From a virus (taxonomy: Duplodnaviria > Heunggongvirae > Uroviricota > Caudoviricetes): a stretch of 64,000 nt of DNA. The first letter of the stretch is position 1; each line of letters starts with the position of its first letter. Position numbers and translations under genes: made by a program. The notes beneath the pieces were generated by a model, which saw nothing but the letters and a program-made list of their open reading frames with translations, did not search any database and was not told the DNA's origin. This document shows positions 9,941 to 19,559 of this stretch, piece by piece. Location of the stretch: positions 44,741-108,740 of the IMG/VR virus record IMGVR_UViG_3300009169_000014; one strand, written 5' to 3'.

Positions 9941-10483
9941 TCAGTACTGATTGTTCTGGTTGCCAGAACTGGAGAAGGCATTCATCATCAGGGGGAGACC
10001 TGCCGACATGGCGAGCATCGGCGCCTGCTGCATCGCCGCCTGCCCCAATGAGTGGCCGAACGTTTTCCCTTCTTCGCCCTTCACACCCCCCATGAAGTTC
10101 TGGAAGAAGCCAGCGGGCTTTCCACCAGCAGCAGGAGCGCCAGCAGCAGGAGCGCCAGCAGCAGGAGCGCCAGCAGCAGGAGCGCCAGCAGCAGGAGCGC
10201 CAGCAGCAGGAGCACCGGCGCCAGCAGCGGGAGCAGCGACAGGCGCCGTAGGCTGCGGCTTCTTAGTCACGCCGGGACCCACCTGCTGCGGAAGCATGGG
10301 ACCGGGAGCGGCGGAGTTCGACGGCCCCTTGACCGGAGCGGCGGCGCCCATAACCGGCGCAGAGTTCGTCTGGGCTGCGACCCGCGGACCGCGGAACACC
10401 TGCGTGGGCATTGGCGCTGCCCCTTTGAAGAAGACACCCCACGCAGCGCGATACCCCTCATTGTACGCAGCTTCCTTGATCAT
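9941..10483 (-). CDS. Hypothetical protein (about 180 aa) with (PAAGA)n Ala-Gly-Pro repeat
   Basis: The track ORF 9941..10543 has an Arg-rich N-terminal artefact. The ATG at 10483 (MIKEAAYNEGYRAAW…) overlaps the upstream stop in an ATGA arrangement. A 15-bp unit gcaggagcgccagca is repeated about 6 times at 10121-10215. Confidence 0.5.
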   Translation of the reverse strand: MIKEAAYNEGYRAAWGVFFKGAAPMPTQVFRGPRVAAQTNSAPVMGAAAPVKGPSNSAAPGPMLPQQVGPGVTKKPQPTAPVAAPAAGAGAPAAGAPAAGAPAAGAPAAGAPAAGAPAAGGKPAGFFQNFMGGVKGEEGKTFGHSLGQAAMQQAPMLAMSAGLPLMMNAFSSSGNQNNQY

Positions 10484-10770
10484 ATTGCGGCTCCATCGCG
10501 GCCAATGCCGGAGTAATCGTGCGAAGAAGCGCCGACGCCCCAAGGAGACGTCGGGTTGCCCCAGCGCGTTGGGTTGCCGAACCGCTTGTGTCCCTCATCC
10601 TTCGACGGGACGACCTGGCTGTCCAGATTCGAAAGGGTCTTAGCGAGACGCTCCGCCGACACGTTCATGTCGCCGTGAGGAAGAGCGCGTTGAAAGGCAT
10701 CACCTGCGGTACGAAGACCGAAGTCCTCTTCCGCACGGGCCTTCCCTTCCTCGTAGGCGAGATTCATCAT
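10480..10770 (-). CDS. Small hypothetical protein (96 aa). Its N-terminus resembles that of the downstream 180-aa protein
   Basis: MMNLAYEEGKARAEEDFGL… compared with MIKEAAYNEGYRAAWGVFF… suggests a tandem paralogous start. The gene sits between the RNAP parts. Confidence 0.4.
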   Translation of the reverse strand: MMNLAYEEGKARAEEDFGLRTAGDAFQRALPHGDMNVSAERLAKTLSNLDSQVVPSKDEGHKRFGNPTRWGNPTSPWGVGASSHDYSGIGRDGAAI

Positions 10771-10926
10771 CGTGGGAGCGTAGGTGACTTGGCAGCGTTG
10801 GACAACCGAGCAGGGGCCTTCGACTGCTCTTTCCAGCCCACCAGCGCCTCGCGTCGTTTCACAGCGTCCTTCAACTTCTGCGCAAGTTCTTCCGCGGCCA
10901 GCTGCTGTCCTTCTTCGAACGCCTGC

Positions 10927-11535
10927 TTAAGGAATTGCTCCACCGCCGCCTCCTTCGCAGAACATCATGCGACGCAGATCGTCTGCATGCTGCTGGTCGG
11001 TGAAGACCATCTGTTCGAGCATGACCTTGAGCGACAGATTCTCCCCCGCCATGAGGGAGAGGTTTCGCAGCTCCTGGATGATCTGCTTCTCCGCCTGGAG
11101 CAGGACCATGAACATCTGGTGCAAGTCGTTGATGTCGGGGATGGTGCTCACCTTCGGAGTGGGCTCACCGCCCAACGCCGTGATCTTCATCGTCAGGTGG
11201 TAGGCGTCCTGACGCTCTTCGTCGGCGTGCTCTTTGAAGTGGTCGTAGATGACATCCCGGAAGTGCGCCCGGATCCGGTCACCGTAGTTGATGTACATCA
11301 TCATCATCGTGTACTTGAGCTTGAGCAGCTTCACGCACTGGCCGACGACCTTCTCCTGAGGAACTGCGAACAGCCCCTCCTCGGGAGACACCGCCAGCGG
11401 GTGAACGCCCTCCGAAGCGGTTGGCTGGGGGAGAGGAACAACAGCGCCAGCGGCTTCGGTGGCTTGGGCGTCAGGGGACTGCACCTGCTCTGGAGGCACC
11501 TCGATGCCGTCAACTGCGATCTTGTAACGAGACAT
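10927..11535 (-). CDS. Dps/ferritin-like protein with N-terminal extension (202 aa)
   Basis: …RIRAHFRDVIYDHFKEHADEERQDAYHLTMKITALGGEP… fits the Dps helix pair (lH..fee…iD.lAERi..LGG.P). Its start overlaps the RNAP stop at 11535. Confidence 0.5.
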   Translation of the reverse strand: MSRYKIAVDGIEVPPEQVQSPDAQATEAAGAVVPLPQPTASEGVHPLAVSPEEGLFAVPQEKVVGQCVKLLKLKYTMMMMYINYGDRIRAHFRDVIYDHFKEHADEERQDAYHLTMKITALGGEPTPKVSTIPDINDLHQMFMVLLQAEKQIIQELRNLSLMAGENLSLKVMLEQMVFTDQQHADDLRRMMFCEGGGGGAIP

Positions 11536-14500
11536 CAGCCCACCTCAACTTTGGTATGCAGCCCGATTTCGCCGCGCTTGTACGCGGCCATGGCATCGGC
11601 TTTGGTTTTGAACTTGTGCGTCTGCCCGTTTACGGACCCTTCGGCTTTCGTAGCCAGGTGCACGCCTAGCATAGCTTCCATGCGGGGAGCGACCATCAGG
11701 CTGTTTTGCTCGCGGTCCGAAAAGAGCAGGTTGGAGAGGGTCATTCCCTTCACCTCCGCGACGGCGGCGGGAAGAATAGGGACGTGGATCTGGAACGTGT
11801 CACCGTCGTAGTCCGCGTTCATGCCCTGTTCGATGAACGGATTCACACGGATGGTTTTGCCTGCGACGGGGACAGGGTTGGCTCCGACGAAGCCGTAACG
11901 GTGGAGCGTCGGCGCGCGGTTCACCATCACTGGACGTTCTTTGAGCTCCGCCATCATGGCGTCTCGAGCTGCCGGGTGCTTCTCGTCCAGCATCTCCTTG
12001 GCGCGAACAGCGTTGAAGCCTCGACGGATCAAGCGCCCGATGATGAACTTCCCGTACATGCCCCAGAGCATGTCTTCGGGGAGACCGATTTCGTCCATGC
12101 CCAGCGAACCGTCGGGGGCGATGGTTCCGCGGCCAGAGATGTCCTGCTGACGCTTCATGATCTTTTTCTGGAAAAAGCTGCTCTTGGGCGTCGTCTTGCC
12201 GGTGAGGTGCTCGAGCAGGCCCTTCACATTTCGCTTCTGGAGCTTGGGGTTGTCGGACTCGTGCGTGCCGACCGCAGCACCGACGGCGAGGAACAAGTTC
12301 TGGCGCAACTTGGAATGCTCATCAGGCGGGAGCACCGGCTTGTCGACCTGTGTCTGGAGGGACCGATTGTGCAGCATGAGGCTCTGATAGAGGTAGTTGG
12401 AGTCTCCGACCACGAGCTCTGAACCACTCTTCCCCGCGAGTATGGGCCGCATGATGGGCGGGAGAACAGGCATCTTCGACAACACGTAGGCATCACCAGG
12501 TCGGAGGTTCTGCTTGTCGAGGGCCTCGAGGAACTTGAGCTGCTTCACGGCGTCATCGAGCTTCACCCCGTTCAGACTCTTGATGGACGCCCGAACCTCT
12601 TTCAAGCGGGCCTTTACGTCGATCCCGTTGAGACGCTGCTTCAGCGCTGACCCTCCTGACTGGAATCGGTAAGCATCAAAGTCCTTTGATGCCATACCAA
12701 GCAGACGACGAGCTGGTTCAGCGAAAATGGGATTCACCATCGGCTCCGCGAGCTCAATGTGGCTCCACCGCGTCCCGTCGGGACCACCGGTAACAGCGGG
12801 GTCGAACAAGCCCCCGCGTTCCGGAGCCAGGTCCTTCGCACGGACCAGTTTCTCATTCTGCACGGCGCCGGCGGACATTCGCGTGATGTCGTTGTCCGTC
12901 AGCGGCATGAGCGTGCTGAGGCTTCCTCGAGTGTCCACCTTCACCCCAGCGCCGTGAAGCATGCCAATGAACTTGTCGTAGGCGAACGACGCCTTCAAAG
13001 GCGGGAGAGGCAAGCCCAGCTGTACGGCCTTCCAGAACTCATCATTCTTCTGGCTCTTGATCGACGCTGTCTCTTTCAACACGTTGCGAGCGTTATGCGC
13101 CACCAGCGCGTTGAACTCCATCTTGCCGACGGCCTTGGCGCCTTCGTCCCCGCCTTTGATGGGCTGCTGGTTGACGTCGTAGGCCCCGGTCCCACGAGCA
13201 GCGAAGTTGGTCTCTGTCGTCTTGAACAAGCGCAGCACGTACTGCGGTCCGACGAGGATGTTGGGAATCTTCTTCCCCGACACCGGGTCGAACAACGTCT
13301 CCTTGTCCTTGACTCCGTGCTCCTTCATCAGGTCCTTGGTCCACTGTACGTTGTCGCGACCGGAGAAGTTGGCAACGGCGATGGGCTTCCCCATCTTCTT
13401 AGCGACCTTGGCGACGCAGGTCTCAAGGATCTGCGCGGGGTTGATACGAGAGACGACGCCCGCCGAGGTATAGAGAACGTCGAGCGGCTTCCCCGCTTCG
13501 TCCTGGAGCATCTTGTGGTTCGGTACGATCAGGGACACGACGCCCTTATTCCCGTGACGCCCCGTGAGCTTGTCCCCGACGCGCATCGGTTCCTTGGTCC
13601 TGACAGTGACGACGACGCGCCTGTCGGTCACGTGGACGTCCATGACCTCACCCTCGAAGTCATGGTCCCAGGTCCGAACGAGCTCGCGATAGGGGTGAAC
13701 CAGTGTCTTCTTCAGATTCGACAAAAGCATGTCGGACGCGGAGAGTTTTCCACGCGTCACGCCCGCGATGAGCAGGTCGTGAGGCATCACCTTCGTGCCC
13801 TTGCGAACTACGCCGTTGGTGTCGAGCTTGCGATACTGGTCCGCCATGTACTTGGGCCCGTAGTACTGCCGATGAATCTCGCGCCCCAGAGTTGCATCGC
13901 GCTCAACCTCGAGGACCTCCTTGTACATGTGCTCGGAGGTGAGCTTGTCCGCGGCCCCTTCCGAGATGACGACGGCGTCGTTCGAGTTCATGCCGTAGTA
14001 GGGCACGTACCCGATGGTCATGTTCCGCCCCAGAGCAAAGGCACCGTCACGAGTGAAGTTCGAATCAGCTAGGCGCTGGTTCGCGTCAACGTGGTCGCCA
14101 GGCTTCACGAGTAGGTCGTGGTGAAGGTATGTCTTCGAAGCGAAGGGGAAGTTGTCCTCGTACGGGATGCGGAGGAGGTCCTTCTCCGCCGCCGCCTTCT
14201 CTCGACCGCGCTCTGAGAGGTAGTCGTCCTTGAACTCGTCCCAGGTGTACTCGGTCAACGAACCGTAGCCCCAGGGTGGACCGTGCTTCTCGTAGGCGTC
14301 CTTCGCGGCGTCCTTGGAGTCGAAGCCCACCATGCACTTGTCTTCGTCGTGCGAGCCGTCCTTCTTCCGCTGATGCACGATGTAGACGTTGTCGAACGTG
14401 CCCTCTTCCTTCAGGTAGATGTCGACGGTTTCGCCATCATCGCCAACGGTCTTGGGGATGTGGCCGTACGCCACGTACATCTTCTTCTCCCACTTTTCGC

Positions 14501-16346
14501 CCTTGTCGTTCGTCCCCGTGCGTACATCACCAGGCTCGAGCTCGATCTTCATGAGCAGGCCGTTGATGGTCTTCTGTCGTTTGACGGCGCCGCCACGCTT
14601 CTCGAACGAATTCTTCTCAATCCCAAAGTCTTCTGCGTGCTTCTTCCCAGTAGGGTCGATGTAGATGTACTGCCCGTCGACCTTCACAACCTTGCCTGCG
14701 ACGGGAGACGACGGGAGCTCCAGCATCGCGAGTGCCTTCTCCCAACTCGAGAAGACCTTGCCCGTCGCATCAGCGACACCCGACTGCACTAGGGGTGCTT
14801 CTCGGTGCACGAGCGGGAGCGCCTGCGTCATCGACTTGCCTCCCATGATGCCGCGGTTCCCCTGCACGGACTCCAAAAAGGGAACGAGGTTCGTGGCGGG
14901 AGAGTACAAGTCTGAAGCATCACTGATCTCGTGCGTAACCTCCGACCATGGAACGCGCTCCATCTTCCCGTACTTCATGACCGCGACGACCCCAAAGTGC
15001 TTCTGCCTCGGGAAGGCGACGACTGCCCGACTCATCCGCGCTGCGGACAGAAGCTCCGACTTACCGGTCTTGACGTCCCGCACCATGGAGTACAGGTTCC
15101 CCTTGGGGTCCCGGTGCGCGAACATCGAAGTACGGATGTCGATACCGGCGCGGAACGTCTCGGACGTTCGCACAGGATCAAGGATACCAAGGTGGCTCGA
15201 GTGAATCGCCCGAGCCTCGCCAGGGATTGCACGCTCGTTGGCGATGCCACCCTCGCCCAAGGAGGTCACCCGCACCGCGTGGTCAATGGCCTCCATCGGG
15301 TTGATGTGCGTTGGGATCGAGCTCAGCTGCGATCCTGTGAGGAAGCTTCGAATGCCCGCGGAAAAAGGAGAAGGCGGAAGAATGGTCCGGAGTTCCGTCT
15401 TGTGCGTGGCCCTCCCCTTCACCTTACTGGCGAGCGCCCGAGCATCCAGGGTGATGCGCTCTTTGATGAAGTCGTCGACCGAGTGGTACGTCTTGAACCG
15501 TAGAGCGTCTCGGTCGTCAGTGTCCTCGTTGTTCTTGTAGACGCTGAGGAGGCGCTTCGACGCCACCAAGAGAGACTGCGGAGTGACGCTGGAGAACTCG
15601 TGGCCCAGTGTCTCCTTGGTAACCTCAGGGTCCATCGCCGTAGCGGCGTAGGCTGTCCTGATGGCAGCGAGCTGCGACTCCGGGTCCTTTGCCATCCGCT
15701 TCGAAGGGTGCACCAGCTTCTCGTAGAGCTTCGACAGATTCTTGTCGTGCTTCCCTTCAAACGCAGACTCATTCTGCTTCGCAACGTCGGAGCCCCAGTG
15801 CGAAGAAATGTCCGTGTGTGGTACTCCCAGCTTCCGGAGTACTGAGTAAAGTGGAATGGACGTCGTGCCGTACTCGATGTACGGATGCCCCTGCGTCGGA
15901 TCCATCGACAGCCGGAAGTTGGACCCCTTCGACAAGTTGAAGGCGGCCTCCAGATCTTCGTTGCCGCGGCGACGGGTGTATACGCCCGGCTTCAGACGGA
16001 GTTGGTTAGAGACGTTGTACTCGTTGCCGTCCAAGATGAAGGTGTGCCGCCCCGTGAAGTAGGGCAGGTTAAGCAGAGTGAAGTTCTTTACCCGCTCGAG
16101 CTCCTTCCCGTCGGCCCCCCGGAGGATGACCGTCCCCTTCACAGGCTCAAAAAGAGACCCACCGCTGAGCAAAGCGCTCTTCTGATCGTGCGGACCGAAG
16201 TCCCTCTCGTGCACCTTGAGATCAACGACCTCGATTTTCTTGTCCCGAAGTGGAAGGGGAAAAGCTGTACGCAGCGCATCAAGCGCTTTCGAGCGGATTT
16301 GAATCCGCCGCGACTCGGGGTCGGTCATCACAGGCGTGAGCTGCAT
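11535..16346 (-). CDS. DNA-directed RNA polymerase, fused beta subunit plus beta-prime N-terminal portion (through the catalytic NADFDGD region)
   Basis: Beta motifs: MRVGDKLTGRHGNKGVVS (GDK…GRHGNKGV) and KAVGKMEFNALVAHNARNVLKE (GGQRFGEMEVWALEAYGAA). Beta-prime N-terminal motifs: WSHIELAEPMVNP (GHIELA.PV), VLPPIMRPIL…LYQSLMLHNRSL, and NADYDGD at 11797-11817, followed by 87 aa to the stop. The track ORF extends to 17171, but the first 275 aa are Arg-rich junk. The real start is proposed at the ATG at 16346 (MQLTPVMTDPESRRIQIRSK…). Confidence 0.85.
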   Translation of the reverse strand: MQLTPVMTDPESRRIQIRSKALDALRTAFPLPLRDKKIEVVDLKVHERDFGPHDQKSALLSGGSLFEPVKGTVILRGADGKELERVKNFTLLNLPYFTGRHTFILDGNEYNVSNQLRLKPGVYTRRRGNEDLEAAFNLSKGSNFRLSMDPTQGHPYIEYGTTSIPLYSVLRKLGVPHTDISSHWGSDVAKQNESAFEGKHDKNLSKLYEKLVHPSKRMAKDPESQLAAIRTAYAATAMDPEVTKETLGHEFSSVTPQSLLVASKRLLSVYKNNEDTDDRDALRFKTYHSVDDFIKERITLDARALASKVKGRATHKTELRTILPPSPFSAGIRSFLTGSQLSSIPTHINPMEAIDHAVRVTSLGEGGIANERAIPGEARAIHSSHLGILDPVRTSETFRAGIDIRTSMFAHRDPKGNLYSMVRDVKTGKSELLSAARMSRAVVAFPRQKHFGVVAVMKYGKMERVPWSEVTHEISDASDLYSPATNLVPFLESVQGNRGIMGGKSMTQALPLVHREAPLVQSGVADATGKVFSSWEKALAMLELPSSPVAGKVVKVDGQYIYIDPTGKKHAEDFGIEKNSFEKRGGAVKRQKTINGLLMKIELEPGDVRTGTNDKGEKWEKKMYVAYGHIPKTVGDDGETVDIYLKEEGTFDNVYIVHQRKKDGSHDEDKCMVGFDSKDAAKDAYEKHGPPWGYGSLTEYTWDEFKDDYLSERGREKAAAEKDLLRIPYEDNFPFASKTYLHHDLLVKPGDHVDANQRLADSNFTRDGAFALGRNMTIGYVPYYGMNSNDAVVISEGAADKLTSEHMYKEVLEVERDATLGREIHRQYYGPKYMADQYRKLDTNGVVRKGTKVMPHDLLIAGVTRGKLSASDMLLSNLKKTLVHPYRELVRTWDHDFEGEVMDVHVTDRRVVVTVRTKEPMRVGDKLTGRHGNKGVVSLIVPNHKMLQDEAGKPLDVLYTSAGVVSRINPAQILETCVAKVAKKMGKPIAVANFSGRDNVQWTKDLMKEHGVKDKETLFDPVSGKKIPNILVGPQYVLRLFKTTETNFAARGTGAYDVNQQPIKGGDEGAKAVGKMEFNALVAHNARNVLKETASIKSQKNDEFWKAVQLGLPLPPLKASFAYDKFIGMLHGAGVKVDTRGSLSTLMPLTDNDITRMSAGAVQNEKLVRAKDLAPERGGLFDPAVTGGPDGTRWSHIELAEPMVNPIFAEPARRLLGMASKDFDAYRFQSGGSALKQRLNGIDVKARLKEVRASIKSLNGVKLDDAVKQLKFLEALDKQNLRPGDAYVLSKMPVLPPIMRPILAGKSGSELVVGDSNYLYQSLMLHNRSLQTQVDKPVLPPDEHSKLRQNLFLAVGAAVGTHESDNPKLQKRNVKGLLEHLTGKTTPKSSFFQKKIMKRQQDISGRGTIAPDGSLGMDEIGLPEDMLWGMYGKFIIGRLIRRGFNAVRAKEMLDEKHPAARDAMMAELKERPVMVNRAPTLHRYGFVGANPVPVAGKTIRVNPFIEQGMNADYDGDTFQIHVPILPAAVAEVKGMTLSNLLFSDREQNSLMVAPRMEAMLGVHLATKAEGSVNGQTHKFKTKADAMAAYKRGEIGLHTKVEVG

Positions 16347-16430
16347 GTCCGTAAGTATAGCCCTGAAATTGGTATTAGTAGTTGAGCCCCACTGACGGGG
16401 CTTTGACGCAGTACCACGCGAGGGGAACAA

Positions 16431-17213
16431 ATGGCCAACAAAGTAGCGGGGAAGACGAAGAAAAAGAAGGTCGTAAAACGAGCGGCGCCTCCGATCCACA
16501 AGGAGGAGGCATCGTTCCTCATCGACGTCCGAGAGATTCCACCGGACAAAATCCTCCGCGCTTCGCTCGTCTGTGAAGTTGACGACCGAAAACGGTGGGA
16601 TGCGATGAGCGAGGGGATGGTGGCGAACCAGTTGCCGAGGATCGCCCGCATCGCAGCCACGCTGACCAACACCAAGGCGCGTTGCCACTTCTGCAACAAG
16701 CCGCAGGAACCGCTCTCCAAGGAGCGGATGTTTCATTTCAGCAGCGACTACAAGTTGTGCGAGTGCTTGATGGTTCTTCGCAAGCGCCCGTACGAGTACA
16801 TCCCGGGGTGGAGTCATCCTGAGAAGCTGAAGCAAATTCTCAGTCAAGTGGAAACCGGCGAGCTGCTTCCAGTGGCGCCGGTCTACCAAATCGTATGCCA
16901 CTGCGGAGAAGGCCCTGTCGTTGTTAACGCGGGACTGATCGCACAGAGCGTACTGAAGTTCGGAGCGCACGCGCGAAAGAGGCAATGTGATCGGTGCCAC
17001 TTGAAACACATGCGGGCGAAGGTCCGCCCCAATGCGCCGTTGCGTGCGCCCGTGTCGGAACTCATCGCTGTTCCTCAGGACGGGCCCGGTGGCAAGTTCA
17101 AGAGGAACCGCAAGAAGGGGCACCAGGGACCGCGGCAGGGGGCCGTGATCATCCCAGAGGGTAGCCTTCAACCTTTGACCGCGCTCGAGAAAGCGCCTGA
17201 GACACCTGCTTGA
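16431..17213 (+). CDS. Cys-rich (zinc-finger-like) basic protein, 260 aa
   Basis: A GAGGGGA Shine-Dalgarno lies 6 nt upstream of the ATG. The N-terminus is Lys-rich and there are multiple CxxC/CxC pairs (CHFCNK, CECLMVL, VCHCGEGP, RQCDRCHLKH). It is divergent from the RNAP gene. Confidence 0.5.
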   Translation: MANKVAGKTKKKKVVKRAAPPIHKEEASFLIDVREIPPDKILRASLVCEVDDRKRWDAMSEGMVANQLPRIARIAATLTNTKARCHFCNKPQEPLSKERMFHFSSDYKLCECLMVLRKRPYEYIPGWSHPEKLKQILSQVETGELLPVAPVYQIVCHCGEGPVVVNAGLIAQSVLKFGAHARKRQCDRCHLKHMRAKVRPNAPLRAPVSELIAVPQDGPGGKFKRNRKKGHQGPRQGAVIIPEGSLQPLTALEKAPETPA

Positions 17214-17318
17214 ACATCCGTTACGTGATCTGGATTTCGCTCGTTCGGTTCGGGCGTTAAGCCAGATCGGCTCTCCCGCGGGGATTATTTCCCGCGGGGG
17301 AGTTCGGGCGCGGAAGAC

Positions 17319-17819
17319 TCAGATAGACGGTTCCGGAACGGTGCCATCAACGCCCGGCTGCGGAGCTTTCTTTTTCTTCGACGGAATTTTTTCGTACCAA
17401 CGCAGGGAGACGAGGACGCTTCCGTCCTTCTGCGTGATCTCCTGCTCCGACCCGAACAGAAGCTTTCCGGCGAGGATGTCGTTCACCGTGGCTTCGTAAT
17501 CTTCCAGGCTCACGTGCGGGCACTCGTAGTCCCCTGTGGCGGGGATGCTTGACGCACCGGAAGCGATGTCCTGTCCACAGCGGGCGCAATCGCCCCAGGG
17601 ACGGAAGATGGTGAAGACCTTGCGGTGAATCTTGAAGTCGAACGCGGCAACGCCGGGGATGCCCTCCTGCTCGGAGTCCACCATCCGGTGGGTAGGATCC
17701 TTCTGGAAAGGAAAACCATCAGGCAGATCCTTACCATTGCTCTCGAATGCCTCAGGCACCCGCCCGGCGGAGTTCAAGATGGACGCAAAATCAGATCCAG
17801 CTTCTTGCTTCAATGGCAT
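17319..17819 (-). CDS. Hypothetical protein (166 aa)
   Basis: Minus-strand ORF between the portal-like gene and the RNAP region. The composition is protein-like and contains a CxxC…C…H element. Confidence 0.45.
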   Translation of the reverse strand: MPLKQEAGSDFASILNSAGRVPEAFESNGKDLPDGFPFQKDPTHRMVDSEQEGIPGVAAFDFKIHRKVFTIFRPWGDCARCGQDIASGASSIPATGDYECPHVSLEDYEATVNDILAGKLLFGSEQEITQKDGSVLVSLRWYEKIPSKKKKAPQPGVDGTVPEPSI

Positions 17820-17828
17820 GTGCTCTCC

Positions 17829-19559
17829 TTACATCGGGGGCTGAGCGCCCGCCTGAGCCTTCGCTTGAGCGCCCTGTTGGTTCTGCATATCCTCGAGCCG
17901 CTGGACCACGACCGCATACATGACCGCGTCTTCGGCCTGGAGGCTATGCATCTGTGACCGACGTGACCCGGGGTCCAGCCCCATGAGCTGCTGCACGAGC
18001 TGGTCGGCCTGCGCGATGACCGCCTGCTGGTCGTAGTTGAGCCCCGTCGATGCCTGCGCCTGCTGCTGGACCTGCTGCGCCAGGTTGTTCTGGAGCGCCT
18101 GTACCTCGCGCTGTACGCGTTGCTGGTGGCGGGCTTCGTCCAGCGTTTCCTGAAGCCGCTTCTCGCGCTCTTCATCGAGGTCGATGTCGAGCCGCTCACA
18201 GACGGTCGTCATGGAAACGAACTGCTGCCCCGTCTGCCCCGTCGCCATGTTGATGAGCATCTGCTTGGACTCGGTGTCGTCCACCATCTTCAGCGGAGTG
18301 AGCTTCGCTTCGATCTTCTCCCAGCCCAGGAACCGAGCCATCTGATCGGAGTACCACTGGAGCAGGTCGTTCATGTCATCTGCGTGACCCTGCGTCTGGT
18401 TCTGAATCAGGCGAAGCGTGGCTTCCATGCCCGCCTTGGTGAGGCCGCCGTACAGGAACTCCTGCGGAATGCCGAGCGCCGCCATGATGCTCTTCTCAGC
18501 CTCTTGGAGCTCGCCGATGGTGAGCATCGCACGGCCGTCGCCGCCCAGGTTGGAGACGCCCAAGGCAACAGGCGCCATCATGATGTGCAGCGGATCGCGG
18601 CGCCAACGCCGGATGTTCTGCTTCATCTCGTCCTGCCAGCGGGCGAGAGAAATCATCTGCGTGAAGTCCTGCTGGCCGTTCTGAGCCGGGTGCAGGATGC
18701 GCATAGGCACAACGTGCTCGAGCGCGATGGCCTCGTTCGCCTTGCGGAGCACCAAGGTGTAGAGGAACAGCTTGATGGTCGAGGCGAGAGGAGGGAAGCC
18801 CCACTGCTGGTCGATGCCCGACGGGCTCGCGACCTTGATGTGGAAGAGGGCGTCCTTCTCAAAGCGGAACGTCTTGTTGTCGCGGATGTTCTCGAGGAAC
18901 TCCATCGGCATGGAGTTGATGAGATGCTTCGACCCCGACTTCACCTGGTCTTTGATGTCCTGCGGGATGTTGTAGTAGTACACCGACTGCCCCGTGATCG
19001 GGTTGTAGTCGATGTCCATCAGCTTCGGGTCCCAGCGGATGATGTGGACCTTACTGGCCGCCAGGATCTTTCGGTCAACAACCGCACCCTGGACGTGCTT
19101 GCGGCACTTGAGACAGTAGTACGTGAACGACAGCTTCTTCAGGTCGAACTTGTAGTCGACGTGATTGATCGACGTAAGCTGCTGACACCCAGGGCACTTG
19201 AGGCTGCGCACGAAGGGCTTGTAGATGGAAGTGAAATGGTTCCCATAGACGTGCTTGTCGAGAGACGCCATCAACAGCGCACCTTTGATCTTTAGCGTCT
19301 TCTCAAAGAGCCGTCGGTAGTTACGACGGAGCGCTTCATTCGAGGTGCTGTACTCAATGTCGGTGACGACCAGCTCACCAAACTTCCGAAGCGCCGCGTA
19401 GACGTGCGCGCTGTTGTAGAGTAAATATTCGCACCATTTGAAGAGATCTTTGAGCTTGCGGGGAACGAATCCCGTGAGGAAGTCGAACGCCGGGTTCGGA
19501 TGCGACGCGGCCCTATCAAAGGCCGACATCGCATCAACGTTGGGGACTGAGTCAGACAT
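17829..19559 (-). CDS. Large virion protein, possibly portal (576 aa)
   Basis: It is the first gene of the leftward block, after a divergent promoter region. Its size is in the portal range and it has a Q-rich C-terminal tail. No diagnostic motif was found, so the assignment rests on position and size only. Confidence 0.3.
   Translation of the reverse strand: MSDSVPNVDAMSAFDRAASHPNPAFDFLTGFVPRKLKDLFKWCEYLLYNSAHVYAALRKFGELVVTDIEYSTSNEALRRNYRRLFEKTLKIKGALLMASLDKHVYGNHFTSIYKPFVRSLKCPGCQQLTSINHVDYKFDLKKLSFTYYCLKCRKHVQGAVVDRKILAASKVHIIRWDPKLMDIDYNPITGQSVYYYNIPQDIKDQVKSGSKHLINSMPMEFLENIRDNKTFRFEKDALFHIKVASPSGIDQQWGFPPLASTIKLFLYTLVLRKANEAIALEHVVPMRILHPAQNGQQDFTQMISLARWQDEMKQNIRRWRRDPLHIMMAPVALGVSNLGGDGRAMLTIGELQEAEKSIMAALGIPQEFLYGGLTKAGMEATLRLIQNQTQGHADDMNDLLQWYSDQMARFLGWEKIEAKLTPLKMVDDTESKQMLINMATGQTGQQFVSMTTVCERLDIDLDEEREKRLQETLDEARHQQRVQREVQALQNNLAQQVQQQAQASTGLNYDQQAVIAQADQLVQQLMGLDPGSRRSQMHSLQAEDAVMYAVVVQRLEDMQNQQGAQAKAQAGAQPPM

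Noticed and set aside
8135-11535. Intein or intron (homing endonuclease) as the cause of the RNAP beta-prime split
   Set aside because: The intervening ORFs are Dps-like and small repeat proteins with no LAGLIDADG, HNH or GIY-YIG motifs. The two RNAP parts are separate genes with their own starts and stops.
12759-14072. Plus-strand 437-aa ORF within the RNAP gene
   Set aside because: Antisense shadow. The RNAP frame carries the conserved beta motifs.
16347-17171. N-terminal 275-aa extension of the RNAP ORF as listed in the track
   Set aside because: The translation is Arg-rich junk (RRRRSFYDLLFLRLPRY…). It overlaps a good + strand gene (16431..17213) that has a strong RBS. Recognisable RpoB-like sequence begins only at the ATG at 16346.
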